Part shown: positions 9,295 to 19,221 of the stretch, piece after piece
Position numbering within the stretch: position 1 is the first letter of the stretch
Layout: every line of letters begins with the position of its first letter
Assembly (NCBI GenBank): GCA_017534445.1
Contig: JAFXWC010000064.1
Coordinates: 14,769-78,768, forward strand
Direction of reading: 5' to 3'
Length of the DNA: 64,000 nt
From: Treponema sp.
GTDB taxonomy: Bacteria; Spirochaetota; Spirochaetia; Treponematales; Treponemataceae
Program-made: the position numbers and the translations under genes
The notes under the pieces: generated by a model
What the model was told of the DNA's origin: nothing
The model's input: only the letters and a program-made list of their open reading frames with translations
Databases searched by the model: none

Positions 9295-11112
9295 TTAGCC
9301 GTTCAGCTTTTCAAGTTCTGCTTTTACGATTTCTGCAACTTTTGCCGAGGCATTTTCCAGAGGGATAAGCTGGGCATCCTGTTCGCTGCGGAGCTTTACT
9401 TCCACGTTTGGAAGGTTTTTGTCGCCCACAGTGATGCGTACCGGGAAGCCAATCAAGTCCATGTCGTTGAATTTTACGCCCGGACGTTCAGCCCTGTCGT
9501 CAAGAAGCACTTCGATTCCTGCGTTTGTAAGCTCTGCGTAGAGGCGGTCGGCGGCTTCCTTCATCTGGCCGTCGTATTTGATTGGGACGATTGCTACCTG
9601 GAAAGGTGCGGTTGTCATTGGCCAGAGGATTCCCTTGTCGTCGTGGAAGGATTCGATGATGCTTGCCAGTACGCGGTCAACGCCTATTCCGTAGCACCCC
9701 ATTGTTGGTACTGCGGCCTTTCCGTTTTCGTCAAGGTAGGTTACGCCCATGCTCTGGGTGTATTTTTTGCCAAGCTTAAAGATGTGGCCAAGCTCGTTGC
9801 CCTTTGTTGTGTGGTACTTGCCACCGCAGCCCGGGGTGCAGCAGGTGTCGCCCTCTTTTGCGGTGCGAACGTCTGTGTTAATCCATGCTGTAAAGTCGCG
9901 GCCTGGTTCAACATGCTTTAGGTGGTAGCCAGCTTTTCCGGCTCCGGTGATTGCGTCGTGCATGTCGTTTACGCTAAGGTCCTGCACGATTGGGCAAAGT
10001 GATGTGAGCGGGCCAACAAAGCCGTGTGGTGCCTGGGCAATTTTAAGTATTTCTTCGTCGTCGGCAAGGCATACTTCGCTTGCTTTTAGTGCGCCTGCAA
10101 GTTTTGCCTCGTTTACGTCTAGGTCTGCGCGGATTATTACGCATACGTAAGAAAGCGGGTAGAAGGCAAAGTCTCCGTCTTTTGTCTGCTTAAGGTCTTT
10201 GCAGTGGGGAGCCTTGCTTAAGTCCAGGGTTGAATTTATTACGCGGTAGATGAGTGCCTTGATAAAGGTTTTTGGCGTGGACTTAAAGAATTTTTCCATG
10301 TCTTCTATAGAAAAGACATTGGGTGTTTCCACAAGCTCTGGCTTTAGGTCTGTTGGCTTCTGGGGATTGCCGTCGTTGTCTACAGCCGGGTCTGCAAAAG
10401 ATGCTGCTTTTTCCACGTTTGCCGCATAACCGCACTTGGAGCAGAGGATAAGGGTGTCGTCTCCAACTGTGCTTTCCACCATGAATTCTTCGCTTCCGCT
10501 TCCTCCCATTGCGCCTGTGTCTGCCTTTACAGGAATCACCTTAAGGCCAAGGCGCTTAAAGATTCTAAGGTAGGCTTTTGCATAAGCCTGGTAGGTTTCG
10601 TCCAGGGATGCATCGTCCTTGTTAAAGGAGTAACCGTCTGCCATATTGAATTCACGGCCACGCATAACACCGTATCTTGGGCGGATTTCGTCGCGGTACT
10701 TTGTGTTTATCTGGTACATGTTGATTGGAAGCTGCTTGTAGCTTGTAAGGCCTGCCGCTGATATTGCAGTGAATGCCTCTTCTGCGGTTGGGCTAACAAC
10801 CATGTCCTGTTCACCGCGGTTTTTTGCCTTGAGCATCTGTGGGCCCATCGTGTCCCAGCGGCCACTCTGCTTCCAAATTTCGCCTGGAACAATTACTGTT
10901 GGCTTAAATTCGCATGCGCCGCTTCTGTTCCATTCTTCCTTGATGATGTTTTCCACTTTGCGGTAGGCGCGGAGTCCCAAAGGCATATATGTGTAAAGTC
11001 CGTTGCCGAGTTTGCGGATTAAGTCTGCCCTCATCATAAGCTGATGGCTAGAGATTATGGCTTCTGCAGGAGCTTCCCGCAGCGTGTGTAAAGGTAATTG
11101 TGATGTTTTCAT
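9295..11112 (-). CDS. proS: Proline--tRNA ligase, bacterial type with editing insertion
   Basis: MKTSQL..TLREAP.EA...SH.LM.RA; YRDEIRPRYGVMRGREF; GHIFKLG; MGCYGIG. Confidence 0.97.
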   Translation of the reverse strand: MKTSQLPLHTLREAPAEAIISSHQLMMRADLIRKLGNGLYTYMPLGLRAYRKVENIIKEEWNRSGACEFKPTVIVPGEIWKQSGRWDTMGPQMLKAKNRGEQDMVVSPTAEEAFTAISAAGLTSYKQLPINMYQINTKYRDEIRPRYGVMRGREFNMADGYSFNKDDASLDETYQAYAKAYLRIFKRLGLKVIPVKADTGAMGGSGSEEFMVESTVGDDTLILCSKCGYAANVEKAASFADPAVDNDGNPQKPTDLKPELVETPNVFSIEDMEKFFKSTPKTFIKALIYRVINSTLDLSKAPHCKDLKQTKDGDFAFYPLSYVCVIIRADLDVNEAKLAGALKASEVCLADDEEILKIAQAPHGFVGPLTSLCPIVQDLSVNDMHDAITGAGKAGYHLKHVEPGRDFTAWINTDVRTAKEGDTCCTPGCGGKYHTTKGNELGHIFKLGKKYTQSMGVTYLDENGKAAVPTMGCYGIGVDRVLASIIESFHDDKGILWPMTTAPFQVAIVPIKYDGQMKEAADRLYAELTNAGIEVLLDDRAERPGVKFNDMDLIGFPVRITVGDKNLPNVEVKLRSEQDAQLIPLENASAKVAEIVKAELEKLNG

Positions 11113-11269
11113 GCAAGGTATTATATAGAAAAGAATGGTTTTAGTTAATAGGGGGTGTCGGCATGTTTTTTGGGATTAAGTTCTTTGGACGATAGTCCTT
11201 TGGACGAAGTCCTGCTTGCTCTACCATTTTATTCTTTGGCTTAATTCGAGCGGACATTTCTTTGCGCCA

Positions 11270-11350
11270 CCCGCTTTCCGGGGTTCCGGGGGGCCCTACC
11301 CCCTCCATTGCTGTCGCAACGGCTGCGCCGCCCCTCCAATCGGGCGTAGG
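11270..11350 (-). repeat. Repeat family 1, copy B
   Basis: Reverse complement: CCTACGCCCG-ATTGG-AGGGG...CCCC-GGAAAG-CGGG. Confidence 0.8.
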
Positions 11351-11395
11351 AGGCAAGTGCATGTTTTCAATAATTGTATTGCAAAAATATGTTAA

Positions 11396-11525
11396 GAAAG
11401 CACTGGAATGGAGGCAGGAAACGCGGCAAAAAAGCATTTGCGCGGTGCGAGCGCAGCGAGTCAGATACCTTATATCCGCGCTCGGCTTTTTTGACGCGGT
11501 TCCTGCCGGGAATGGAAGTGCTTTC
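11396..11525 (+). repeat. Long interrupted hairpin, repeat family 2
   Basis: Nested stems gaaagcac/gtgctttc, gcaggaa/ttcctgc and caaaaaagc/gcttttttg with GGAATGGA and ACGCG internal loops. Confidence 0.65.
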
Positions 11526-11631
11526 GTGTTAATATTTATATTTACTAAGTTTCATTAAGATTTACATTTGCCTTCTACAGAGCTATCTCGCACACTGTAC
11601 TAGAAGAGTTTTTTTCTATATACTAGAGAAC

Positions 11632-12585
11632 ATGAATCTTAGGACAAAAGTTGTTTTTATTGTATATACTGTACTTGCCGCTTTTTTGCCAGCCTTTGCC
11701 GCAGAAAAGGGTGGTGAACAAAAGGCTGCTTTGGAAACAAAGGCACCAGAAGGAATCGTTTATGCAAACCTAATTCTAAGCGAAGACGGAAAAACCGTAA
11801 CCGGTACCGTGGACAAGGGAATTGCCACTGCCGAAATCCCGGAAGGTGTTACCGCTATTGCTCCCAAGGCCTTCTTTCACTGCGAAAACCTGCGCTCAAT
11901 CGTAATCCCGGAAGGGGTTGTCTCTATTGGTTCATGGGCCTTTTCCCACTGCCGCGCCCTGTCCGAAGTTTCCCTGCCAAAAAGCCTTTCCCGCATAGAA
12001 GCCGGAGCCTTTAGCTGGTGCGACAAGCTCTTTTTTATAGAATTTCCTGCAAAGCTTGGCTACATTGGTGCAAATGCATTCTATTCCTGCGCTTCCCTAA
12101 AAAGCGTTACCCTGCCAAAAGGAATTGCAAAGATAAGAAATTCAACTTTCTACGGCTGCCTAAAACTAGAACAGGTAATTTTCCCCCAAAGCCTTACAGA
12201 AATAGAAGAGAATGCCTTTGTAAACTGCGCATTCAAAAGCCTGGACTTTCCGCCAACACTGGTTCAGATTGGAAAGAGTGCCTTTTACCACTGCCCCCAG
12301 CTGCAAAAGCTAAGCATTCCTGCCTCCGTTGCAGAAATAGGTGCCAAGGCCTTTGCCCACTGCGAGTCTCTTGAAAAAGTTGAATGGAGCAGCCACAGCT
12401 GGCTAAAAGAAGTTGACGCGGATATATTCAGCAAGTCACCAGTCTACAAAAAGCTTAGCCTTCCAGATTCAATCAGCCTTGTAAACTACAATGCTCCGGA
12501 AGAAGAGGAACTTCCCCAAGAAGAACCTGTTCCCCCGGAACTGATGGGTGAGCAGGAAGAAGTCCCTGCAAAAAAGAAAAAGTAA
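11632..12585 (+). CDS. BspA-type (TpLRR/LRR_5) leucine-rich repeat exported protein
   Basis: Signal peptide; about 8 repeats of IP.GV..IG..AF..C..L. Confidence 0.9.
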   Translation: MNLRTKVVFIVYTVLAAFLPAFAAEKGGEQKAALETKAPEGIVYANLILSEDGKTVTGTVDKGIATAEIPEGVTAIAPKAFFHCENLRSIVIPEGVVSIGSWAFSHCRALSEVSLPKSLSRIEAGAFSWCDKLFFIEFPAKLGYIGANAFYSCASLKSVTLPKGIAKIRNSTFYGCLKLEQVIFPQSLTEIEENAFVNCAFKSLDFPPTLVQIGKSAFYHCPQLQKLSIPASVAEIGAKAFAHCESLEKVEWSSHSWLKEVDADIFSKSPVYKKLSLPDSISLVNYNAPEEEELPQEEPVPPELMGEQEEVPAKKKK

Positions 12586-12593
12586 GCCTTAGT

Positions 12594-12640
12594 GTGTCCC
12601 GCCCCTTATTTCGGGGTACAAGGGCCCCCCCCTTGAAAAT
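12594..12640 (-). repeat. Repeat family 3, partial copy
   Basis: Reverse complement ttttcaaggg...cccttgtaccccgaaataaggggcggg matches 14655-14696. Confidence 0.6.
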
Positions 12641-12653
12641 AGTTTTTAAAACA

Positions 12654-13349
12654 TCACATTCGGCTCTTAAGTTCCTGAACAAGGTCCTTAATGTTGTCCG
12701 TGTTGTCAACAGCCTGGCCGTTTACAATGTTAAAGTATAGCCCCGAATTATAATAGTAGATTTTGTATTCAACGGAATCTGTCTTTGGGTCAGGATTCAA
12801 AGGGCTCTTGTAAGTTGTAGATTCGCAGACAAGAACAAAGTTTGTGCCGGAAACCTTGTAAAGGGTTGCCACGTATTTTCCCATTTCTCCGCAAAGGTTC
12901 ATCTCCGCATAAAGGCTTTCCGAATCTGATTTGTAAACGCAGATTTCTCCGCCTTCCGCAGAATGGCCGTTGTAGTCGTAAGTCTTTCGTGAAAGGTCCA
13001 GCTTTGGATAGTAATTTATTTGGTTCAGTTCGTTAAGGTAGGTCTGCATAACATTGCCGCTTTTTTGCTTAACAAGCAGGTCGTAAACATCTTTGTTAAC
13101 AACGCCGTTCACAGAAAATCCCGCAAGCTTTTGGAATGCCTTTACGCCTTTTTCCGTCTTTGGACCAAACCATCCGTCCGCTTCCCCAACTTCCGTAAAG
13201 CCAAGATTGTTAAGCGCAACCTGAACAGCACGGACATCTTCTCCGTTCATGCGGGATTTTTTTAGCATCAAAAGCCTGGAATAATTCTGGGCAGTGGCAA
13301 AAAATGCCGCAAATAAAACCAACAGTGTAAGAATTGAAAAACGCTTCAT
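12654..13349 (-). CDS. Secreted peptidoglycan-binding (PG_binding_1) domain protein
   Basis: Signal peptide; GEDV..VQ.AL..LGF...ADGWFGPKTE.GVKAFQ. Confidence 0.85.
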   Translation of the reverse strand: MKRFSILTLLVLFAAFFATAQNYSRLLMLKKSRMNGEDVRAVQVALNNLGFTEVGEADGWFGPKTEKGVKAFQKLAGFSVNGVVNKDVYDLLVKQKSGNVMQTYLNELNQINYYPKLDLSRKTYDYNGHSAEGGEICVYKSDSESLYAEMNLCGEMGKYVATLYKVSGTNFVLVCESTTYKSPLNPDPKTDSVEYKIYYYNSGLYFNIVNGQAVDNTDNIKDLVQELKSRM

Positions 13350-13483
13350 AATTTACCTCTTGGCTTAATCATAAATCCAATCAGCGCAGAATTCAAGATT
13401 CTGTTTGTCTTTTGCATTATTTTTTGGACGGCAGCTTTTTGTAAATGAATTATGCCTTTTGCAAACAAGAGTTCATCGTGGAA

Positions 13484-13564
13484 CGGCTTTCCAGGGTTCC
13501 GCCTTTCGGCTCCATTCCTCCGCTGCGCTCCGGAATGGCTTCGCCACCCTTCCAATCCGGCCTC
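13484..13564 (-). repeat. Repeat family 1, copy C
   Basis: Reverse complement: GCCGG-ATTGG-AAGGG...CCCT-GGAAAG-CCG, with a compensatory outer stem. Confidence 0.8.
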
Positions 13565-13581
13565 ATGCCTTTTGCAAAAAA

Positions 13582-14625
13582 TTACATCAGAGCCATTTTA
13601 ATTTCTTCCAGAACGGCAAGGGCATTCATTCCTGTTTGCAATGTTGAGCGAAGTTCCGCCTTTCCGTCCAAGAAGTCCACTGCATTCTGAATCATGTTTG
13701 CAAAGTAGAGCGTCTTTTTTGGCCTTTTGAATTTTATTTCTTCCAGCGATTTGAATCCCGTGTAGAGCTTTGATTCCTTTGACATATAAATATTGAAGAA
13801 TCCGTTTCCAATCAGTATGCGGCCTTTTGTTCCTCGGATGTCCACCTCAAAGCCAAAGTATTTGCTTCTTCCGCTTATGCTTATTGTTACGCAGGGGACG
13901 CTTGGCAAAGAGTAGCTGGCGCTTACGTTGCGCACTGCTCCCTTTTCGTCCCGCCAGATTCCGCTTACACTTGGCGAGCTTAGAATTGCTTTACCTTCAT
14001 TTAGCTTTTCATTTTTTTGCAGGGCTTCAAGAAAGAAAAGTACAATGTCCACAAGATGGGTTCCGTCGTGAATAAGGCTGTAGGCACCTGTAGCTTCTTC
14101 GCTTTTGTCGTAGACTTTCATTCCAGAATAAAGGCTTGCGTTTATGCTTTGTATTTCCCCAATTTGCGTAAGGTATTCTGCTGCAAGCTTGTAGTCCAGG
14201 GCAAAGCGGCGCTCGTGGTTTACAAGGACGGGCACCTTGTTTTCTTCTGCGGCATTTTTTAGCTGCAAGGCTTCTTCTGTGTTAAGGGCAACAGGTTTTT
14301 CCAGAATTAAAAGGCGGGGTTTGTTCTTTATGGCTTCCAGTGCAATTTTTATGTGGGCATCTTCGTTTACCGCAACGGTAACAATGTCTGTCTTGCATTC
14401 AGAAAAAAGCTTTTGTGCGCTTAAAAAAAGTTTGCATCCTTTGTTTGCCTTTCCCCACTTTTGCAAGGCTTCTTCGTCCGTGTCGCATCCGGCAATAAGC
14501 TGAATTCTTTTGTTTGCATTAAGAGCCATTGTGTGCGATGCAGGCTGTTCACGCAATTTGTCGTAGCCCAGGGTCCAACCAATTCTTCCGCAGCCTACAA
14601 GCGAGGCAGTGTATTTGTTCTGCAT
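13582..14625 (-). CDS. Gfo/Idh/MocA family oxidoreductase
   Basis: VGCGRIG Rossmann motif, LEKPVA, VNHERRF, HDGTH..D. Confidence 0.9.
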   Translation of the reverse strand: MQNKYTASLVGCGRIGWTLGYDKLREQPASHTMALNANKRIQLIAGCDTDEEALQKWGKANKGCKLFLSAQKLFSECKTDIVTVAVNEDAHIKIALEAIKNKPRLLILEKPVALNTEEALQLKNAAEENKVPVLVNHERRFALDYKLAAEYLTQIGEIQSINASLYSGMKVYDKSEEATGAYSLIHDGTHLVDIVLFFLEALQKNEKLNEGKAILSSPSVSGIWRDEKGAVRNVSASYSLPSVPCVTISISGRSKYFGFEVDIRGTKGRILIGNGFFNIYMSKESKLYTGFKSLEEIKFKRPKKTLYFANMIQNAVDFLDGKAELRSTLQTGMNALAVLEEIKMALM

Positions 14626-14654
14626 AAGCAAATTATATAGTAAGGATTAATTAT

Positions 14655-14776
14655 TTTTCAAGGGAGACCCTTGCACCCCAAACTAAGGGGAGGGGAAACC
14701 CCCTACTCCGAAGCGAGGGTTTTCCCTCACCTTAAACCCCTCCCTTTCCCGGCACGGTTTAGGGGCATGGCCCCTA
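14655..14776 (+). repeat. Repeat family 3, longer copy with multiple GC hairpins
   Basis: caagggagacccttg, ccccaaac...gtttagggg and taggggcatggccccta stems. Confidence 0.6.
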
Positions 14777-14866
14777 AAAAACCCAATTACGATTAGAAGT
14801 AATAATTAGAACAGAGAGACTCTGGAACTTGACAAATGAAAAAAATTGTCTTGTAATAAAAATACG

Positions 14867-15862
14867 ATGATTTATACAGTTACTTTGAATCCTTCTTTGG
14901 ATTATATTGTTGGGATAAAAAATTTTGTGGCGGGAAGTCTTAACCGTAGTGAGTCGGAAAAGATTACGGCTGGCGGAAAGGGAATAAATGTTTCCATTGT
15001 TTTGCACAATCTTGGAATGGAAAGCACAGCTCTTGGTTTTACGGCTGGCTTTACCGGCAGGCAGATAGAATCCATTCTTAGGCGGGATGGAATAAAGACC
15101 GACTTTATAAATGTGGAACAGGGGCTTTCCAGAATAAACGTAAAAATCCTTCACAATGAGTCTGGGATGGGCGAGACGGAAATAAACGGCAGCGGGCCTG
15201 TAATTTCTAAGGACGACATTGCCATGCTTTTCCAAAAGTTTGGTTCTATTGACTCCGGCTGCACGGTTGTTCTTGCGGGCAGCGTTCCTTCTTCCCTGCC
15301 AAAAAATTTTTATGTCCAAGTTATGGATTCCCTAAAAACCAAAAACATAAAATTTATTGTTGACGCTTCTGGCGAACTTTTAAAGACAGCCCTTCCTTAC
15401 CACCCATTTTTGGTAAAGCCAAATCTTTCGGAGCTGGAAGAGATATTCGAGGTAAAAATAAATTCTATGCAGGATGCCTTTGGCTATGCAAAAAAACTGC
15501 TTGGTCTTGGTGCGCAGAATGCCCTTGTTTCTCTTGGCAAGGACGGTGCAATTCTTGCCGCTTCTGACGGATGCAATTACTACGCAAAGGCCCCTTCTGG
15601 AAAGCCCGTCAACACGGTTGGCTCTGGGGACAGCATGGTTGCAGGCTTTATTGCGGGCTACGAAAGCTCGCGGTCGTTTAAGTGCGCTTTGGAAAGGGGC
15701 GTTTGCTCTGGAAGCGCAGCAGCATTTTCTTCTTCTCTTGCAAGTAAAGATGATGTTGAGCTTTTGCTAAAAAAAATCCCCGGCACTGTGGAGTACCGGG
15801 GTGGCGAAATGCCTTTTGGTGAAAAAGATTTTGGCTCTGCGTTAGATGGCGTAACGCTGTAA
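14867..15862 (+). CDS. fruK: 1-phosphofructokinase (PfkB family)
   Basis: MIYTVTLNPSLD, AGGKGINVS, KPNLSEL, NTVGSGDSMVAGF. Confidence 0.85.
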   Translation: MIYTVTLNPSLDYIVGIKNFVAGSLNRSESEKITAGGKGINVSIVLHNLGMESTALGFTAGFTGRQIESILRRDGIKTDFINVEQGLSRINVKILHNESGMGETEINGSGPVISKDDIAMLFQKFGSIDSGCTVVLAGSVPSSLPKNFYVQVMDSLKTKNIKFIVDASGELLKTALPYHPFLVKPNLSELEEIFEVKINSMQDAFGYAKKLLGLGAQNALVSLGKDGAILAASDGCNYYAKAPSGKPVNTVGSGDSMVAGFIAGYESSRSFKCALERGVCSGSAAAFSSSLASKDDVELLLKKIPGTVEYRGGEMPFGEKDFGSALDGVTL

Positions 15863-15864
15863 AA

Positions 15865-16437
15865 TTATTTTACCTTCTTTTCACCTGCATCTTTTGGGGC
15901 CTCCTTTGGCGCTACCGGCTTGGGAGCTGGAACTTCTCCTTCTTTAACTTCTCCCTTCTTGAATTCTCCTCCTGGGAATTTTCTGCCGGGGAGATTCTTG
16001 CCGTCAAATTTTTTATTGCCATCTTTTGGCATTGGCATCATTTTTTTGCCGTCCATCTTTCCGTTTGGTCTTGCAAATTTTCTGTTTCCGCCTGCGCAGC
16101 ATCCGCAGTTGCACTTGCAGCCCATGTTGCCCCTTGGCTTTCTGAATCCCTTTCCATTTATCTTGCCTCTTGGCTTTGGCATTACCTTGCCCTTGTCTCC
16201 AGGCTGGGCTACCGGGGGCATCTTTTTTGCCTTTGAAGGAAGGTCTTTCTTAAGCTTCTTTTCGCCGGCATTTTCTTTTGGTGCAACTTCCTTTGGGGCT
16301 GGGCGAACAACTTCTGCCGGAGCCTTTGCTTCTGGAGCTGCTTTTGAAGAACCTGCCTCCTGTGCAAAAGCAATTCCGCTCATTGCAAAGGCTGCAAAAA
16401 CAAAACCAAGACCGCTTACCATAATTTTCTTATTCAT
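15865..16437 (-). CDS. Secreted Lys/Pro-rich low-complexity protein with a CKCNCGCC cluster
   Basis: Signal peptide ending AFA; GAGG RBS; disordered composition; central Cys cluster. Confidence 0.7.
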   Translation of the reverse strand: MNKKIMVSGLGFVFAAFAMSGIAFAQEAGSSKAAPEAKAPAEVVRPAPKEVAPKENAGEKKLKKDLPSKAKKMPPVAQPGDKGKVMPKPRGKINGKGFRKPRGNMGCKCNCGCCAGGNRKFARPNGKMDGKKMMPMPKDGNKKFDGKNLPGRKFPGGEFKKGEVKEGEVPAPKPVAPKEAPKDAGEKKVK

Positions 16438-16618
16438 AACAATACCTCTCTATAAAAAAAATATTTGAACGTCTCTCGCTCATTACGCCCTTAATATAGC
16501 ATTTCCGTTTCTGCAGAACATGAATCTTTGCTAAGAGAAAGATAAGAAAACTCTTATTCAAAAAACTCTTACTTTTTTGTTTAATAGATAGTAGAATGAA
16601 GTGTGAAGGAGAAGCGCC

Positions 16619-17116
16619 ATGAATAGGAAAATATGCATTTTGTTTTTTCTGCTGGCAATTTTTTGCGGACAGGGGTTTTGTAAGGAAGACAAGGGGCCTG
16701 TTCCCATGCATCAGAATTTTCCGGCAAGAAGATTTGAAAATTTCCGCGGAAGAAGAAAACCCTTGAGAAAGGAAAGCTGCCGCCTTATAAGAATAAATGT
16801 AATTCCTGTTACGGAAGACAGAAAGGAATTTGTTGCGCTTGAACTTTTTTTTACACAGAGCATAGATCCGCGTTCCGTTCACAATAAGAATATTCTTGTA
16901 AATTCTACAGCTCTTAGCCCAAGGCATAAAATATTGTTCAACAAGTCGGCTACATGTATGCGCATTGTTTTGGAAAGGGATGATTTTTTTTCGCTTAGCG
17001 TGGACGGAATCCGTTCCTACAATGCAAGCCCTGTTCCAAAAGCCCAGATTGAATCTATGGAATGTGGCCACAAGTATTTTTTTGACAAGGAAGAAAAGGT
17101 ATGGAAAAAGTTTTAA
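16619..17116 (+). CDS. Exported hypothetical protein co-transcribed with the two-component system
   Basis: AGGAG RBS; signal peptide; overlaps the response-regulator start. Confidence 0.6.
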   Translation: MNRKICILFFLLAIFCGQGFCKEDKGPVPMHQNFPARRFENFRGRRKPLRKESCRLIRINVIPVTEDRKEFVALELFFTQSIDPRSVHNKNILVNSTALSPRHKILFNKSATCMRIVLERDDFFSLSVDGIRSYNASPVPKAQIESMECGHKYFFDKEEKVWKKF

Positions 17117-17790
17117 TTGTAGAAGACGATGAGGGCATAAGCGACTTTGTAAAGCTTGAGCTTGAGCATGAAGGATATTCAACCTGCCTGGCAAGTACCG
17201 GTCGCATGGCTCTGGAAGTTTTTGTAGCAGAAAAACCGGACCTTATTCTCTTGGACATAATGCTTCCCGAACTTAGCGGGCTTGAAGTTTTGCGCAGAAT
17301 CAGAAAGGAATCCAATGTTCCTGTTATAATTTTGACTGCACGCGGAGAAACTTACGACAAGGTTAACGGTCTTAATGCCGGGGCTGACGACTATCTTGCA
17401 AAGCCCTTTAGCATAGAAGAGCTTATTGCCAGAATGAGTGCTGTCCTAAGAAGGAGTTCTGCTCCAGCCGCTGCATCTTTGGGCAGCCTAAAGATTCGTG
17501 GCCTTGAACTTTCGCCTGAAAGTATGAGTGCAAGTCTTAACGGAAGTCCAATCGAATTTTCCAAGACCGAGTTTTTGATGCTAAAGAATTTTATGGAGCA
17601 CAAGGGGCAGGTCTTGAGCCGCGACAGCATAATAACAGCCGTCTGGGGAGAAAATCATTTTATAGACGAAAACAACGTGGATGTCTATGTGGGCTACCTT
17701 CGCGCAAAAATTGATCAGGTTGCAAAAGAGGAATACATAAAGACTGTGCGTGGTGCAGGCTACATGATGGTGGAGGAAAGCAAAAAATGA
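17101..17790 (+). CDS. OmpR/PhoB-family response regulator
   Basis: LIVEDD, LLDIMLP, GADDYLAKPF, TVRG.GY winged helix. Confidence 0.95.
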   Translation: MEKVLIVEDDEGISDFVKLELEHEGYSTCLASTGRMALEVFVAEKPDLILLDIMLPELSGLEVLRRIRKESNVPVIILTARGETYDKVNGLNAGADDYLAKPFSIEELIARMSAVLRRSSAPAAASLGSLKIRGLELSPESMSASLNGSPIEFSKTEFLMLKNFMEHKGQVLSRDSIITAVWGENHFIDENNVDVYVGYLRAKIDQVAKEEYIKTVRGAGYMMVEESKK

Positions 17791-19202
17791 GTCTTGGCCT
17801 TGCCGTAAGAAAAAAAGCTCCTTCCGTAACATTTACGCTTGCGCTAAGATTTTCTCTTGTGCTTGCACTTGCAGTCCTTTCGCTTGCGGTTTTGTTTACA
17901 TTTGCCCTTAAGCGCTACATTTACAATTCGCAAAGCCGTGAGCTAAAAGATTCAGCGGAGGAACTTGCACTTTCCCTAAAGACCAATGCCCAGCCTGAAC
18001 AAAAAGAAAAAATTCCCTACTACATAACTTATGCCGTTTACCAAAAACAAAGCCAGGAAATTTTGGAAACAAACGATCCCTTTCTTCCTCTTTTGGAAGC
18101 AACAAAGGGAAAGACAAAAAAATTTGTAAGCAAGAATTATTTTATAGACGGTGACCTTAGGATTTTATATTTTGCAATGGAAGAAGAAAGTGATGAATAC
18201 GGATGTCTTGTGATTCAGACTGCGCTGAACCTGGACACTGATTCTTCCAGCCTGTTCTTGCGGGGAATACCTGTAATTGTTTTGCTTGCATTTTTGCCTG
18301 TTCTGTTTGTCTCTTTTTTGACGGCACTTCTTATTGCCAAGAGAAGTCTTGCTCCTGTGGTAAAGATGACCGAGGCCGCAAAAAAAATTAGCAGTACAAA
18401 CTTGGGTGAACTTTTGCCTGTAAAACAAAAGGATTCTTCTGCAGAAAATATTTCCTCTGGAAATTTGGATGAACTGGGCAAGCTTGCCGTAACATTCAAC
18501 GATTTGTTTGTAAGGCTAAAAAAAGATTTTGACCGTGAGCGCGGTTTTACCAGTGATGTTTCGCACGAGCTAAAGACACCGCTTGCCGTAATCTTGGGGC
18601 AGGCAAACCTTCTGCGCCGCTGGGGAAAGGACGACAAGGCCCAGCTGGAAAAATCCCTGGGAATAATTGTGGAAGAAGCTGAATCAATGAATGCGGTGAT
18701 TACAAATTTGCTCCATATAACAAGGCTGGAAAACAAAAAGCTGCTTCCGCAAAAAGAAAAGTTTTTTCTTGCCGATTTTTTTGCAAGGCTAAAGGAAGAA
18801 GTGCAAAGCCTTAGCCCTGATGCAAAAGTTTCTGCCATCGTTAGCAAGGACTTGAACCTTTTTACCGACAAGGAAATGCTGCACCAAATATTTTTGGCAT
18901 TAATTTCCAACAGCATAAAATTCTGCAAGGAAAAAAATCTTGAGCTTACTTTTTCTGCTTTGCAAAAAGAGGCAAAGACGGAACTTTGCATTGTGGACAA
19001 CGGTCCCGGTTTTAAGGCGCAAGACCTGGAGCATGTATTTGACCGCTTTTACCGGGGAGACGAGTCGCATACAAGAAGTGCAGGCGGGGCAGGACTTGGG
19101 CTTTCCATTGCAAAGGCCCTGACACAATCCCTTGGCGGCACAATTGTGGCCTTTAACGCAGAGGCAAGCGGGGCAGGTGTGCGGCTGGAACTTGATAACT
19201 AG
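17787..19202 (+). CDS. HAMP-domain sensor histidine kinase
   Basis: Two TM helices, HAMP, SHELKTPL H-box, DNGPG, FDRFYR, GAGLGLSI. Confidence 0.95.
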   Translation: MSLGLAVRKKAPSVTFTLALRFSLVLALAVLSLAVLFTFALKRYIYNSQSRELKDSAEELALSLKTNAQPEQKEKIPYYITYAVYQKQSQEILETNDPFLPLLEATKGKTKKFVSKNYFIDGDLRILYFAMEEESDEYGCLVIQTALNLDTDSSSLFLRGIPVIVLLAFLPVLFVSFLTALLIAKRSLAPVVKMTEAAKKISSTNLGELLPVKQKDSSAENISSGNLDELGKLAVTFNDLFVRLKKDFDRERGFTSDVSHELKTPLAVILGQANLLRRWGKDDKAQLEKSLGIIVEEAESMNAVITNLLHITRLENKKLLPQKEKFFLADFFARLKEEVQSLSPDAKVSAIVSKDLNLFTDKEMLHQIFLALISNSIKFCKEKNLELTFSALQKEAKTELCIVDNGPGFKAQDLEHVFDRFYRGDESHTRSAGGAGLGLSIAKALTQSLGGTIVAFNAEASGAGVRLELDN

Positions 19203-19221
19203 TTCAATTTATTGTTTGCAT

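Noticed and set aside
9169-9921. Long antisense ORFs (also 15920-16468, 16430-17194, 18215-19000, 44256-45521, 51997-52980) and short ORFs across repeats (11141-11558, 13346-13690, 59184-59576)
   Set aside because: They are shadows of well-supported genes or of GC-rich repeats, with no recognisable motifs.
11113-11550. T-box leader for proS
   Set aside because: No T-box consensus found; the structures are explained by dispersed repeat families also present beside unrelated genes.
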